DNA of 64,000 nucleotides. Origin: Candidatus Multivoradales bacterium (GTDB taxonomy: Bacteria > Acidobacteriota > Thermoanaerobaculia > Multivoradales > JAHEKO01). Shown in pieces: positions 8,485 through 18,389 of the stretch. Below the pieces are notes generated by a model. That model saw only the letters and a list, made by a program, of their open reading frames with translations. It was not told the DNA's origin and ran no database searches. Position 1 is the first letter of the stretch. Every line of letters begins with the position of its first letter. Location of the stretch: positions 2,208,001 to 2,272,000 of the forward strand of contig CBDCXM010000009.1 of assembly GCA_965223855.1 (NCBI GenBank), written 5' to 3'. The position numbers and the translations under genes were made by a program.

Positions 8485-11079
8485 ATGCCCCGTCGCCTTC
8501 TCCAGCGCGTAGCGCTCTTTGCCCGCCGCCGGTATCGGTGGATCTTCACCACCACGGCGCTCCTGGTCGTGACCTCGATCGGGCTCGCCAGCAGGCTGCA
8601 TTTCGACACCGACTTCCTCAACCTGCTGCCGCAGAACGCGGAGGAGGTCAGGACCTTCCGGAGAAATCTGGAGGAGTTCGGCAGCGTCGACTACCTGCTG
8701 GTGGTCGTTCGCATCCCCGAGGGTGCCGTCGTCGAGCCGTTCGAGAACCTCGCCGACCGGCTCGGCGAGCGGATGAAGGGGCTCGAGGAGTTCGAGTCGG
8801 TCGAGTACAAGCTCGGCGAGCTCGACGAGCTGCTCGAGACGTTCCTGCCTCAGGCATTGCTGTTCCTGGGAGACGAGGAGCGCGCCGCGGTGCTCGAGAA
8901 GGTATCGCCCGAGGCGCTCGAACGGCGGGCTCGCGAGGTGCGCCGCCTGCTGGCCACGCCGCAGGCGCTGACCCTCAAGCGGCTCGTCACACTCGATCCG
9001 TTCGGGCTGTCGGAGATCTTCCTGGAGCGCCTCAACACAGCGCGAGGCGGCCTCTCTCTCGACTGGTCGAGCGGCTACCTTCTGTCGACCGACCAGCGGA
9101 TGCTGCTGCTCCTAGGCAAGCCGGCCAAGCCGCCGCAGGACGTGCAGTTCAACCGTCGATTGGTCGAAGTGATGGAAGGCGAGATCGAGGCGTTACGCCC
9201 CGAATGGCCCGATCTCTCGCAGGGAACCGACCTCGACTTCCCCGAAGTGGCCCTGGGGGGCCGCTACGTCATCGCACTCGGTGACGAGGAGCTGATCCGT
9301 CGCGATGCGATCAGCAACTTCCTGACGTCCTTCTTCGGGGTCCTGCTGCTGTTCCTCTTCGCCTTCCGCCGCTTCGGAGTGCTGCTCTACGCCTTCGTGC
9401 CGCTGGCCACCGGGCTCATGCTGACCTTCGGGTTCTCGTACCTCGCCTTCGGGGTGCTGAACTCGGCCACCAGCGGCGTGGCGGCGCTCCTGATCGGGCT
9501 CGGTATCGACTTCGTCATCGTCTCCTACGGCCGCTTCGTCGAGGAACGCCACGAGGGGAAGGGATTCGAGGAAGCGCTGGCGAAGATGAACGGCTCGTCG
9601 GGTCGCGCCGTCATTATCGGGGCGGTGACGAGCGCGGCGACCTTCTACGCCTTTGCCATCACCCAGTTCAAGGGGCTCTCGCAGATGGGGCTGCTCACCG
9701 GTACCGGCATCCTCTTCTGCATGCTGGCGGTCCTCTTCCTGCTGCCGTCGCTGCTTGCCTGGAGCCACGATCGCCACGAGCGCCGCCGAACCGACCAGCG
9801 ACTGTTTCTCCACGACCTCGGCTCGACGGCGTTGATTCGCTATTCGCTGCGACGGCCGATCGTCGTGCTGGTGGCCGGGGCCCTGATCACCGTCGTCGCC
9901 GCGCTGTCGGCGAGCCGCCTGACCTTCGAGGACAGCGTCAAGTCGATGCGGCCTGCCGGCAACCCGGGCACCGAAGTCTGGGAAGAGGTGGCGTCGCGTT
10001 TCGGCTCCGGTTTCGAGCAGATGAGCTTCGTCGCCTCGGCTCCCGATCTCGAGGGGGTGCTCGAACGCGCTGCCGCTGCCTCCGAGGAGGCGGCGGCGCT
10101 GGTCGAAGCCGAAGTGCTGCGCGGCTACGACGGCATTCACACCGTGATCCCACCGCGCAGCCGCCAGCAGGCCGCCCTCGAATGGCTTGACGAGCAGCGT
10201 GCAGGGGCGCTCGACATGGCTCGGATCCGCGCGGATTTCGAAAGCGCTCTCACCGCGGCCGGCCTGCGCGCCGCGCCGTTCGAGCGCGGCCTGTCCCTCT
10301 TCGGGGCGGCGGTGGCGCGCGATCAGCCGATCGGCCTCGAGGACTTCCGCCAGTCGGGGCAGGCGAGCCGTTTGCTCGACCGCTACCTCGTCCAGTCCGG
10401 GGATGGGTGGCGCAGCGCCGTCTACCTCTATCCGCCGCCCCGCGTCTGGGCACGCGAGGCGCCGCCGGAGGCCCACGCGGCGGCCGAGCGGCTCGGCTCC
10501 GACATCGAGCTGACGGGAGCCAACGTGCTCAACGCCTTCCTGCGCGAGCGGGTGCTCTCCGATGCGGTGATCGCCGCCGTCATCGGCTTCGTGCTCGTCG
10601 GCTTCCTCCTGTGGCTCGACTTCCGAAACCTGCGCGACACAGTGTTGTCGCTCGCCCCGCTGTCGGTCGGCATCGTCTGGATGCTCGGTGCGATGGCGGC
10701 GATGGGCGTGGCGATGAACTTCATGAACATCTTCGTGACGACCATGATCATCGGCATCGGGGTCGACTACGGAGTGCACATGCTGCACCGCTATCGCGAG
10801 CTGGCGGGAGCGGACGACGAGGCCTACGCAGTCGGCCTTTCCGAGACCGGCAAAGCGATCGTGCTGGCGGCGCTGTCGACGATCGTCGGCTTCGGCTCGC
10901 TGTCGCTGTCGCACTATCCCGGCCTGCAGTCGATGGGCAAGGTGTCGATTCTCGGCGCCGTCTCGACCGCGCTGGTGGCGATCAGCGTCCTGCCGGCCTA
11001 CATGGGGCGGCGGATCGCCCGCCATCGACCGGGTGGAGCCGCTCACGGAGCGCCCGCCGCGGGCGAGGGAGAGGACTGA
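8485..11079 (+). CDS. MMPL/RND-family membrane transporter
   Basis: Two internally repeated halves, each a large soluble loop plus a TM bundle; GLGIDF and GIGVDY TM4/TM10 motifs. Confidence 0.88.
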   Translation: MPRRLLQRVALFARRRYRWIFTTTALLVVTSIGLASRLHFDTDFLNLLPQNAEEVRTFRRNLEEFGSVDYLLVVVRIPEGAVVEPFENLADRLGERMKGLEEFESVEYKLGELDELLETFLPQALLFLGDEERAAVLEKVSPEALERRAREVRRLLATPQALTLKRLVTLDPFGLSEIFLERLNTARGGLSLDWSSGYLLSTDQRMLLLLGKPAKPPQDVQFNRRLVEVMEGEIEALRPEWPDLSQGTDLDFPEVALGGRYVIALGDEELIRRDAISNFLTSFFGVLLLFLFAFRRFGVLLYAFVPLATGLMLTFGFSYLAFGVLNSATSGVAALLIGLGIDFVIVSYGRFVEERHEGKGFEEALAKMNGSSGRAVIIGAVTSAATFYAFAITQFKGLSQMGLLTGTGILFCMLAVLFLLPSLLAWSHDRHERRRTDQRLFLHDLGSTALIRYSLRRPIVVLVAGALITVVAALSASRLTFEDSVKSMRPAGNPGTEVWEEVASRFGSGFEQMSFVASAPDLEGVLERAAAASEEAAALVEAEVLRGYDGIHTVIPPRSRQQAALEWLDEQRAGALDMARIRADFESALTAAGLRAAPFERGLSLFGAAVARDQPIGLEDFRQSGQASRLLDRYLVQSGDGWRSAVYLYPPPRVWAREAPPEAHAAAERLGSDIELTGANVLNAFLRERVLSDAVIAAVIGFVLVGFLLWLDFRNLRDTVLSLAPLSVGIVWMLGAMAAMGVAMNFMNIFVTTMIIGIGVDYGVHMLHRYRELAGADDEAYAVGLSETGKAIVLAALSTIVGFGSLSLSHYPGLQSMGKVSILGAVSTALVAISVLPAYMGRRIARHRPGGAAHGAPAAGEGED

Positions 11080-11098
11080 TGGGAGTGACGACCGACTG

Positions 11099-12418
11099 AT
11101 GTTCGACGGACTGCAGGACAAGCTGCAGGGGGTCTTCCGGCGCCTCAAGGGTGAGGGTCGGGTCTCCGAGGAGGTGCTCAAGGCGGCGCTGCGCGAGATC
11201 AGGCTGGCGCTGCTCGAAGCCGACGTCCACTTCCGGGTGGTCAAGCCGTTCATCGCGCGGGTCAGCGAGCGGGCGCTCGGGAGCGACGTGCTCGAGAGCC
11301 TGACGCCGGCGCAGCAGGTGATCAAGATCGTCAAGGACGAGCTGGTCACCCTGCTCGGCGAGGACGGCTCGGAGCTCGAGCTCGCCCGCCGCCCGGCCGT
11401 CGTCCTGCTGTGCGGTCTCCAGGGGTCGGGAAAGACGACGACGGCGGGGAAGCTCGCCCTGAGGCTGCGCAATCGCGGCCGCCGGCCGCTCCTCGTCGCC
11501 GGCGACCTGCAACGCGCTGCGGCGGTCGATCAGCTCCGCCAGGTCGGGGCCGCCGTCGAAGTGGAGGTCCTGACGCCGGGCGAGGGGGAGGGTGTGGTCG
11601 CGCTCGCCGGGCGGGCGCTCAAGGAGGCGAAGTCCCGGCTCTTCGACACGGTGATCTTCGATACCGCCGGGCGGCTGCACGTCGACGAGCAGCTGATGGA
11701 GGAGCTCAAGGCGGTCGCGGGAGTCCTCGATCCCGAGGAGACGCTGTTCGTCGCCGACTCGATGACCGGGCAGGACGCCGTCAAGAGCGCCGCCGAGTTC
11801 TCGGCCGCGATGGAACTCACCGGCGTCATCCTGACGAAACTCGACGGCGACACACGCGGCGGCGCGGCGCTTTCGCTGAGGACCGTCGCGGCGGTGCCGA
11901 TCCGCTTCCTCGGCGTCGGTGAGAAGCCGGAGGAACTGGAGCTCTTCCGCGGCGAGAGGATGGCCTCGCGCATCCTCGGCATGGGCGACGTGCTGTCGCT
12001 GATCGAGAAGGCCGAGCAGGGATTGGACTCGGCTGAGACCGAGCGCCTTGCGAGAAGGATGGCAAAGCGCCAGTTCACCCTGGAGGATCTGCGCGACCAG
12101 TTGCGCCAGATCAAGCGCCTCGGCCCGCTCTCCCAGGTGCTCGAGATGCTCCCCAAGGCGGGGCCGCTGGCGAAGATGGACCCCTCGCAGGTCGACGACC
12201 GCGAGCTGGTCAAGGTCGAGGCGATCCTCAGCTCGATGACCGCCAAGGAGCGCCGCTACCCGAAGATCCTCGATGCCAGTCGCAAGCGCCGCATCGCGCG
12301 CGGTTCCGGCACCCGGGTGCAGGACGTCAACCAGATCCTGAAGCAGCACCGGATGATGCAGAAGATGATGAAGGGGATGAAGGGCAACTGGCTGAAGCGC
12401 GCCATGGGAGGGCGGTGA
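11099..12418 (+). CDS. ffh: Signal recognition particle protein Ffh
   Basis: ALLEADV, GLQGSGKTT, DTAGR, TKLDGD.RGG, RILGMGD, M-domain SMT.KER and RIARGSG. Confidence 0.97.
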   Translation: MFDGLQDKLQGVFRRLKGEGRVSEEVLKAALREIRLALLEADVHFRVVKPFIARVSERALGSDVLESLTPAQQVIKIVKDELVTLLGEDGSELELARRPAVVLLCGLQGSGKTTTAGKLALRLRNRGRRPLLVAGDLQRAAAVDQLRQVGAAVEVEVLTPGEGEGVVALAGRALKEAKSRLFDTVIFDTAGRLHVDEQLMEELKAVAGVLDPEETLFVADSMTGQDAVKSAAEFSAAMELTGVILTKLDGDTRGGAALSLRTVAAVPIRFLGVGEKPEELELFRGERMASRILGMGDVLSLIEKAEQGLDSAETERLARRMAKRQFTLEDLRDQLRQIKRLGPLSQVLEMLPKAGPLAKMDPSQVDDRELVKVEAILSSMTAKERRYPKILDASRKRRIARGSGTRVQDVNQILKQHRMMQKMMKGMKGNWLKRAMGGR

Positions 12419-12602
12419 CGTCGGTTCGTCGAGCCTGCGGTGACACCTATTTCGCTTCCTGCTACACTTCGCCGGCTTCCCGGACCGGGTGCACTAGCTC
12501 CGAAGCTCGTTTCGATCCGAAGATGCCCGGTTGCCCTCGCCGCGCGGGAGGTCCAACTCGACAGACTCGCCAGTTTCCAGAGGTTCGTTGGAGGTTTTAC
12601 CC

Positions 12603-12848
12603 ATGTTGAAGATCAGGTTGCGCCGTATGGGCAGCACGCACACTCCGTTCTACCGCGTCGTCGTGTCGGACTCGCGCCTCACGCCGCGTGCGGCGGTGAT
12701 CGAGGAGGTCGGTCACTACAACCCGGTCTCCGAGCCGCCGCTGATCGAGATCGACGGCGATCGCGTGGACCACTGGGTCGGCAACGGCGCCCAGATGTCG
12801 CCGACCGTCAAGCGTCTCCTCAAGACTCAGCGCCGCGCGGCTTCCTGA
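12603..12848 (+). CDS. rpsP: 30S ribosomal protein S16
   Basis: MLKIRLRRMG...PFYRVVVSDSR...GHYNP...GAQMSPTV; GGAGG SD upstream. Confidence 0.97.
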   Translation: MLKIRLRRMGSTHTPFYRVVVSDSRLTPRAAVIEEVGHYNPVSEPPLIEIDGDRVDHWVGNGAQMSPTVKRLLKTQRRAAS

Positions 12849-13084
12849 TGCCAAGGCGGCAGCTCGAAGGGTTGATCCGGCGGATCGTCGATCAGCCCGA
12901 CCAGGTCCGGGTCGACGTCTACGAAGCCCCTGATGCGACGGTCTTCGAGGCGGAGGTGGCTCCCGCCGACTTGGGCAAGGTGATCGGCCGGCAGGGCCGG
13001 ACGGCGCGAGCGTTTCGCAATCTCCTCGAAGAGAGGGGGGCGCGCGACGGCGAGCGCTATGAGTTCGAGATTCTCGACGACTGA
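12848..13084 (+). CDS. khpA: KH-domain RNA-binding protein KhpA
   Basis: DLGKVIGRQGRTA KH motif; position between rpsP and rimM; TGATG coupling. Confidence 0.9.
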   Translation: MPRRQLEGLIRRIVDQPDQVRVDVYEAPDATVFEAEVAPADLGKVIGRQGRTARAFRNLLEERGARDGERYEFEILDD

Positions 13085-13619
13085 TCCGCGCATCGACGCG
13101 CCGATCTCGGTCGGGAAGATTCACAAGCCGCACGGCGTGCGCGGCGAGGTGGTGGTCGAGTCGTTCTCGGACCTTCCCGCCCGCTACGAGAAGGGCTCGG
13201 TGCTCACGGCTCGGCCCCCCGAGGCGCGACCGCGTCGGTTGACGGTGGCGTCCGCGCGCCCCCACCGCCGTGGGCTGCTGGTGCGCTTCGACGAGTTCGA
13301 GGACCGAGACGTCGCCGAAGAGCTTCGGGGCGCCGTCCTGACGATCGATGCACACGAGGCGACTCAGGCTCCCGAGGGCGGCTACTTCCACTACCAGCTA
13401 CTGGGATGTACGTGCTCGGATCGCTCGCACGGGCCGATGGGGACGGTGACCGAAGTGCTCGACGACGGCGGCGGCCAGATCCTCGTCGTCGGCGACGACA
13501 GCGGCGACTGGCTCGTGCCGTTCGTCAAGGCCTATCTCGTCGCCGTCGATCCGGAAGCGAAGACGATCACCTTCGACCTGCCGGAGGGGCTGCTCGAAGC
13601 ATGCAGATCCGGATCCTGA
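13059..13619 (+). CDS. rimM: Ribosome maturation factor RimM
   Basis: VGKI.KPHGVRGEV, LVPFV, LPEGLLE; operon position. Confidence 0.93.
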   Translation: MSSRFSTTDPRIDAPISVGKIHKPHGVRGEVVVESFSDLPARYEKGSVLTARPPEARPRRLTVASARPHRRGLLVRFDEFEDRDVAEELRGAVLTIDAHEATQAPEGGYFHYQLLGCTCSDRSHGPMGTVTEVLDDGGGQILVVGDDSGDWLVPFVKAYLVAVDPEAKTITFDLPEGLLEACRSGS

Positions 13620-14335
13620 CGATCTTCCCGGAACTGATCGACGCCTTCCTCTCCGCGTCGCTGATCGGAAAAGCGATCGAGGCGGGACGCCTGGAGGTCA
13701 CGGCGATCGACGTGCGCGACTTCGCGACCGATCGTCACCGCACCGTCGACGACGTTCCCTACGGCGGCGGAGGAGGGATGGTGATGAAAGCCGAACCGTG
13801 GCTGGCGGCGGTGCGAACCTCGGCAGGAGAGGGCGCCCATCGAGTGCTGCTGTCGCCCCAGGGGACCCGCCTCGACGAGGGTGTCGTGCGTCGTCTCGCC
13901 TCGATCGACGAGCTCGTTCTGCTGTGCGGCCGCTACGAAGGGATCGACGAGCGTGTACGCGAGGCGGTGGTCGACGAGGAGCTGTCGATCGGCGACTTCG
14001 TTCTGTCGGGCGGGGAGGTCGCGGCGATGGCGGTGGTCGAGACGATCTCGAGACAGATCCCGGGGGTCGTGGGGCTGGCGGACTCGGTCGAACAGGACAG
14101 CTTTCGCCACGGACTGCTCGATCATCCGCACTACACCCGGCCGCGCGAGGTGGAAGGGCGTCCGGTGCCGGAGGTGCTGCTCTCCGGTGACCACGAGGCG
14201 GTGAGGCGGTGGCGCAGGGAGGCGGCGCTCCGGGCGACCTGGGAGAAGCGACCCGATCTGCTCGACGAAGCAGGTCTGTCGGCCGAGGACCGCGCCTTCC
14301 TCGAACGGCTCGAGGGAGCGGATTCCGGAGGGTGA
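13601..14335 (+). CDS. trmD: tRNA (guanine-N1)-methyltransferase TrmD
   Basis: VDDVPYGGGGGM, LSPQG, CGRYEGIDER, SIGDFVLSGGE, YTRP. Confidence 0.97.
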   Translation: MQIRILTIFPELIDAFLSASLIGKAIEAGRLEVTAIDVRDFATDRHRTVDDVPYGGGGGMVMKAEPWLAAVRTSAGEGAHRVLLSPQGTRLDEGVVRRLASIDELVLLCGRYEGIDERVREAVVDEELSIGDFVLSGGEVAAMAVVETISRQIPGVVGLADSVEQDSFRHGLLDHPHYTRPREVEGRPVPEVLLSGDHEAVRRWRREAALRATWEKRPDLLDEAGLSAEDRAFLERLEGADSGG

Positions 14336-14366
14336 TACCCGGCCGGCAGCTCCCTGCCGAAGAGGC

Positions 14367-14395
14367 TTGCCAAAGCGGGCGATCGGCCCGATAAT
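14367..14395 (+). promoter_or_regulatory. Putative sigma70 promoter upstream of rplS
   Basis: TTGCCA-N17-GATAAT about 105 nt before the rplS ATG. Confidence 0.5.
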
Positions 14396-14500
14396 AGGCG
14401 GCTCGCCCGCGTGCGAACGCGGGGAGGAGTCCGTGCCGGGAGAGCCAGCCGCTGAAGGCGTCTCCGCACAGGGCGGACTCGCTACCAGCAGGGGATCGTC

Positions 14501-14914
14501 ATGAACAAGTTGCAAGAGATCGAAAGCGCGTATCTGCGCACCGACATTCCGGACTTTCGCGCCGGTGACACGCTCAAGGTTCACGTCAAGGTGCGCGAGG
14601 GCGGCAAGGAGCGGATCCAGATCTTCCAGGGGGTCGTGATCGGCCGCAAGGGCGACGGCACCCGGGAAAGCTTCACGGTGCGCAAGATCTCCGGCGGCAT
14701 CGGCGTCGAGAGGGTCTTTCCCCTCAACTCGCCGATGATCGACAAGGTCGAGGTCGTTCGCTTCGGCCAGGTTCGCAGGGCGAAGCTCTTCTACCTCCGC
14801 TCGCTGCGGGGCAAGAAGGCGCGCATCGAAGAGCGGCGGGTCGATCCGGCGAAGCTGGCGGCGGCGAAGGTCGCGCCGGTCGTGGTCGCCGACGACAGCT
14901 CGGAAGAAGAGTAG
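14501..14914 (+). CDS. rplS: 50S ribosomal protein L19
   Basis: [46 protein letters not shown]. Confidence 0.98.
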   Translation: MNKLQEIESAYLRTDIPDFRAGDTLKVHVKVREGGKERIQIFQGVVIGRKGDGTRESFTVRKISGGIGVERVFPLNSPMIDKVEVVRFGQVRRAKLFYLRSLRGKKARIEERRVDPAKLAAAKVAPVVVADDSSEEE

Positions 14915-14962
14915 CGGCAGCCTCGGAAAGCCCCCGTCCGAGCGCTTCGCACGGAGAGTGAC

Positions 14963-15616
14963 GTGGCCACCATGGGACAGCTTCTGGCGGAAACCTGCCG
15001 GCTCAGCCTGCTCACGGGGGTCGATCAACTGTTCCTCGACTTCGGCTTCGAGGCGTGCGCGGGCGTCGACGAGGCGGGGCGCGGCGCGCTGGCGGGGCCG
15101 GTGGTCGCCGCGGCCGTCGTCGTCGATCCTGCGGTGACGGTGCCGGGCGTCGACGACAGCAAGGTGCTCTCGGCCGAGGAACGGGCTCGACTCGCCACGG
15201 CGATCCGGCGCTCGGCGCGCGGATCGGCGGTCGTCGCGGTCTCCGCGGCGCGCATCGAGCAGGTGAACATCCTCGAGGCGACGAAGCTGGCGATGTCCCG
15301 CGCCCTGGCCGAGGTCAGGCCGCGGCCCGACTGCGCCCTCGTCGATGCGGTGCGGCTGGAGACCGACTTCCCGGCTCTGGGCCTCGTGCGCGGCGACGGG
15401 GTCAGCTACAGCGTGGCGAGTGCCTCCATCCTCGCCAAGTACGAGCGGGATCGACGGATGATCGAGCTCGACGAGCGCTACCCGGTGTATGGGTTCGCGC
15501 GCCACAAGGGGTATGCGGCGGCGGAGCATCTCGAGGCGCTGCGGCGCTACGGCCCCTGTCCTGAGCATCGCCTGACGTTCCGGTCGGTGCTGCCGCGCGA
15601 AGGGGAGGTGAACTGA
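14963..15616 (+). CDS. rnhB: Ribonuclease HII
   Basis: GVDEAGRG.LAGPV, DSK, ASASILAK, HKGY; start could be ATG 14972. Confidence 0.95.
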   Translation: MATMGQLLAETCRLSLLTGVDQLFLDFGFEACAGVDEAGRGALAGPVVAAAVVVDPAVTVPGVDDSKVLSAEERARLATAIRRSARGSAVVAVSAARIEQVNILEATKLAMSRALAEVRPRPDCALVDAVRLETDFPALGLVRGDGVSYSVASASILAKYERDRRMIELDERYPVYGFARHKGYAAAEHLEALRRYGPCPEHRLTFRSVLPREGEVN

Positions 15617-18381
15617 TGGCAAGTCGGCAGAGAGTGATCCAGAGCGCCGAGAAGCTGGTGGCTCGCGGACGGATCCAGGCGGCGATCGACGAGTACCGCA
15701 AGGTGCTCGACCGGCATCCGAACGACACCAGCACCCTCAATCGGGTCGGCGATCTCTACGCCCGCCTCAACCGGATGCCCAAAGCGATCGAGCTGTTCCA
15801 GCAGACCGCGGAGAGCTTCGCCCGCCAGGGCTTCTTCGTGAAGGCGATCGCGATCTACAAGAAGATCATCCGCCTCGATCCGGGGCAGATCCGCGCTTAC
15901 GAGAGTCTGGCGGATCTCTACCATCGCCAGGGGCTGACCAACGACTCGATCGCGCAGTACCAGGTGGTCGCCGACTACTACGAGAAGCATGCCGATACCG
16001 AGGCGGCGATCGACGTCTACTACAACATGGTGACGATCGAGCCGGGCAACCCGACCCGCCGCCTCCAACTCGCCGGCATGCTGGATCGCGCCGACCGCAA
16101 GCCGCAGGCGTTGGAGCAGTACTACGAGATCGGCTCACTGATGCTCGAGCACTCGCGTGGCGATGACGCACTTCGGGTCTTCAAGGAGGCCCTCGAGGTC
16201 GATGCGTCCAACCTCGACTTCGTGCGCAAGGCGATGGGGGCGCTCGCCGGCGAGGGCTTCGACGCACTGAGCCGGGCGCTGCTCGAGGCGGCGATCGAGA
16301 AGAACCCGCAGGCCAAGGCGCTGAGGATCGAACAGCTCGATCCGAGTCCCGAGGTGGCAGCGTCGGCGCCTCAGCCGAGCGAGGTGGCGAGCGTCGAGGA
16401 GCCCGCCGCCGAGGAGCCGGCGGTCGACGAGACGATCGACGAGGTCGCCGAGGACGAAGCGGAGCCTGCTCGCGAGCCGCGTGAGGAGGCGCCGGAGACC
16501 GTCGGGGACGAGGCGGCCGAGGAGGAGACGCCGGACGCGGCGATCGAGGAAGACGCGGAGGTCGTCGCTAGCGAAGAGACCTCGATCGAGGAGCCCGAAG
16601 ACACACCGGCGGCGCTCTCCGAGCCCGTCGAGACAGCGAGTGACGACGGTGCCGCCGATCTCGAGTTCGACCTTTCCGAGATCGCCGACCTCGCGGGCGG
16701 GATCGATCCGATCGTCGAGCCGGCGACGAAGGAGGAGACCACGGCTCCCGCCGCCGAGGCAACCGAGGAAGAGGCGGGCCTCGTTCTCGATCTCGACGAG
16801 GCCGAAGCAGGAGGGTTCGAACTCGAGGACGAGACGGAAGAGGAACGGTCGTCTGCAGCCGCGGAGGACAGCTCGCCGGCAGTCGAGGACGCCTCCCGAG
16901 AGGCGCCCCTCACCGCGCTCGAACTGGAGCTCGCCAACGAGCTGGAGGCGGTGAGGGAGGAGCTGCGGCCGGCGGCCGGAGCGGAGACGATTCGTGGCGC
17001 TGGTGACGATGCCGCCGCAGAGCAGAGCGAGGCCGCCGAGACCGTGGCCGAGAAGATCGTCTCCGAGGACATCGTTTCCGAGGACGAGGAGAAGGTGCGC
17101 AAGCAACTCGTCGAAGCGGAGGTGCTGTCGCGCTACGGCATGGACGTGATGGCGGTCACGGTGCTCGAGAAGATTCTCAAGGACGAGCCTGCCCATCGCG
17201 AGGCGCTGGCGCGGACCGTGCTCCTCCAGGTGAAGCTCGACCGGATGGACGAGGCTCTCGTAGGAGCCAACCAGCTCGCCGATCTGGTTGCGGCCGAAGG
17301 GGAGACCGAGACCTGGGGGGCGCTGTGCCACGTCCTGGACGAGAAGGGCTTCCGGCTGGAGGAGGGGCGGTTCGTAGGCGAGGTCGTCGAGGTAGCGGAA
17401 CCGGAGCCCGAAGCCGAGGTCGAGCCCGAAGCTCGGGCCGAACCGGAAGAGCAGCCCGCCGCTCGAGAAGAGTTCTCGCTCGACCAGATCGTCGAGGAGG
17501 TAGAGGTCGAGGCGCGCGAGTCGCGCAAGCCGGTTCAGTCGTTGGACGTGCTCGCCGAGGTGATCCAGGAGATCGAAGGCGAGTCCGACTCAAAGGGCGC
17601 CGACGAGGACGAGCGCTGGTTGGAAGAACTCGATGCGGAGGAGGCCGCCGTCTCGGACGAAGACGCGACGTCCAGGGTGGCCGACGACGAGCGTGCAGCC
17701 GAAGTGGCGCCTGCCGCCGATTCCGGGTCGGCGGAGTCACTGGCCGAAACCCCGGCATCCGAGGCCTCGCCTCCGGCCGAGGAAGCCGCACCGCCGGCGG
17801 TACCGCAGTCGCCGTCCGTGCCGACGATCGACCTGCCTCCCGGGATCGAGGCGCCGAGCCCCGACGAGGGTTTCGTGGACCTGGCGGGCGAGCTCGAACA
17901 GGAGCTGGCGAGAGAGGTCGGCGAACTCAGCGATGAACTCGAGTCCGGCATGCGGGAGCAGTCGCTCGAGGACATCGTCGAGGGGTTCCGCCAGGGGATG
18001 GCGGAAACGCTGTCCGACGAGGACTTCGACACCCATTTCAACCTCGGCGTTGCCTACAGCGAGATGGGGCTGACCGACGAGGCGATCGGCGAGTTCCAGA
18101 TGGCCGCCAAGGATCCTCGTTACCTGGTTCAGAGCTGCTCGCTGCTCGCGAGCTGCTTCGTCGAGAAAGGCTTCAACGATCTCGCCATTCAGTCCTACGA
18201 GACCGGCCTCGCCTCTCCGGTGCTGGAGGAGGACGAGCGCCTCGGGCTCCTCTACGAACTCGGCTCCCTGCTGGTGGCGACGGGTGAGCCCGAGGCCGCC
18301 CGCGAGAAGTTCCTCGAGATCTACGGCACGAACTCCAACTACCGCGACGTCGTCGCCCGTCTCGAAGAGCTGCGGGAGTAG
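15616..18381 (+). CDS. Large TPR protein with acidic low-complexity linkers (SgmX-like architecture)
   Basis: N-terminal TPR array, central TPR block, C-terminal THFNLGVAYSEMGL.DEAI.EFQ TPRs; long E/D/A/P-rich linkers. Confidence 0.8.
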   Translation: MASRQRVIQSAEKLVARGRIQAAIDEYRKVLDRHPNDTSTLNRVGDLYARLNRMPKAIELFQQTAESFARQGFFVKAIAIYKKIIRLDPGQIRAYESLADLYHRQGLTNDSIAQYQVVADYYEKHADTEAAIDVYYNMVTIEPGNPTRRLQLAGMLDRADRKPQALEQYYEIGSLMLEHSRGDDALRVFKEALEVDASNLDFVRKAMGALAGEGFDALSRALLEAAIEKNPQAKALRIEQLDPSPEVAASAPQPSEVASVEEPAAEEPAVDETIDEVAEDEAEPAREPREEAPETVGDEAAEEETPDAAIEEDAEVVASEETSIEEPEDTPAALSEPVETASDDGAADLEFDLSEIADLAGGIDPIVEPATKEETTAPAAEATEEEAGLVLDLDEAEAGGFELEDETEEERSSAAAEDSSPAVEDASREAPLTALELELANELEAVREELRPAAGAETIRGAGDDAAAEQSEAAETVAEKIVSEDIVSEDEEKVRKQLVEAEVLSRYGMDVMAVTVLEKILKDEPAHREALARTVLLQVKLDRMDEALVGANQLADLVAAEGETETWGALCHVLDEKGFRLEEGRFVGEVVEVAEPEPEAEVEPEARAEPEEQPAAREEFSLDQIVEEVEVEARESRKPVQSLDVLAEVIQEIEGESDSKGADEDERWLEELDAEEAAVSDEDATSRVADDERAAEVAPAADSGSAESLAETPASEASPPAEEAAPPAVPQSPSVPTIDLPPGIEAPSPDEGFVDLAGELEQELAREVGELSDELESGMREQSLEDIVEGFRQGMAETLSDEDFDTHFNLGVAYSEMGLTDEAIGEFQMAAKDPRYLVQSCSLLASCFVEKGFNDLAIQSYETGLASPVLEEDERLGLLYELGSLLVATGEPEAAREKFLEIYGTNSNYRDVVARLEELRE

Positions 18382-18389
18382 CGCCTGGC

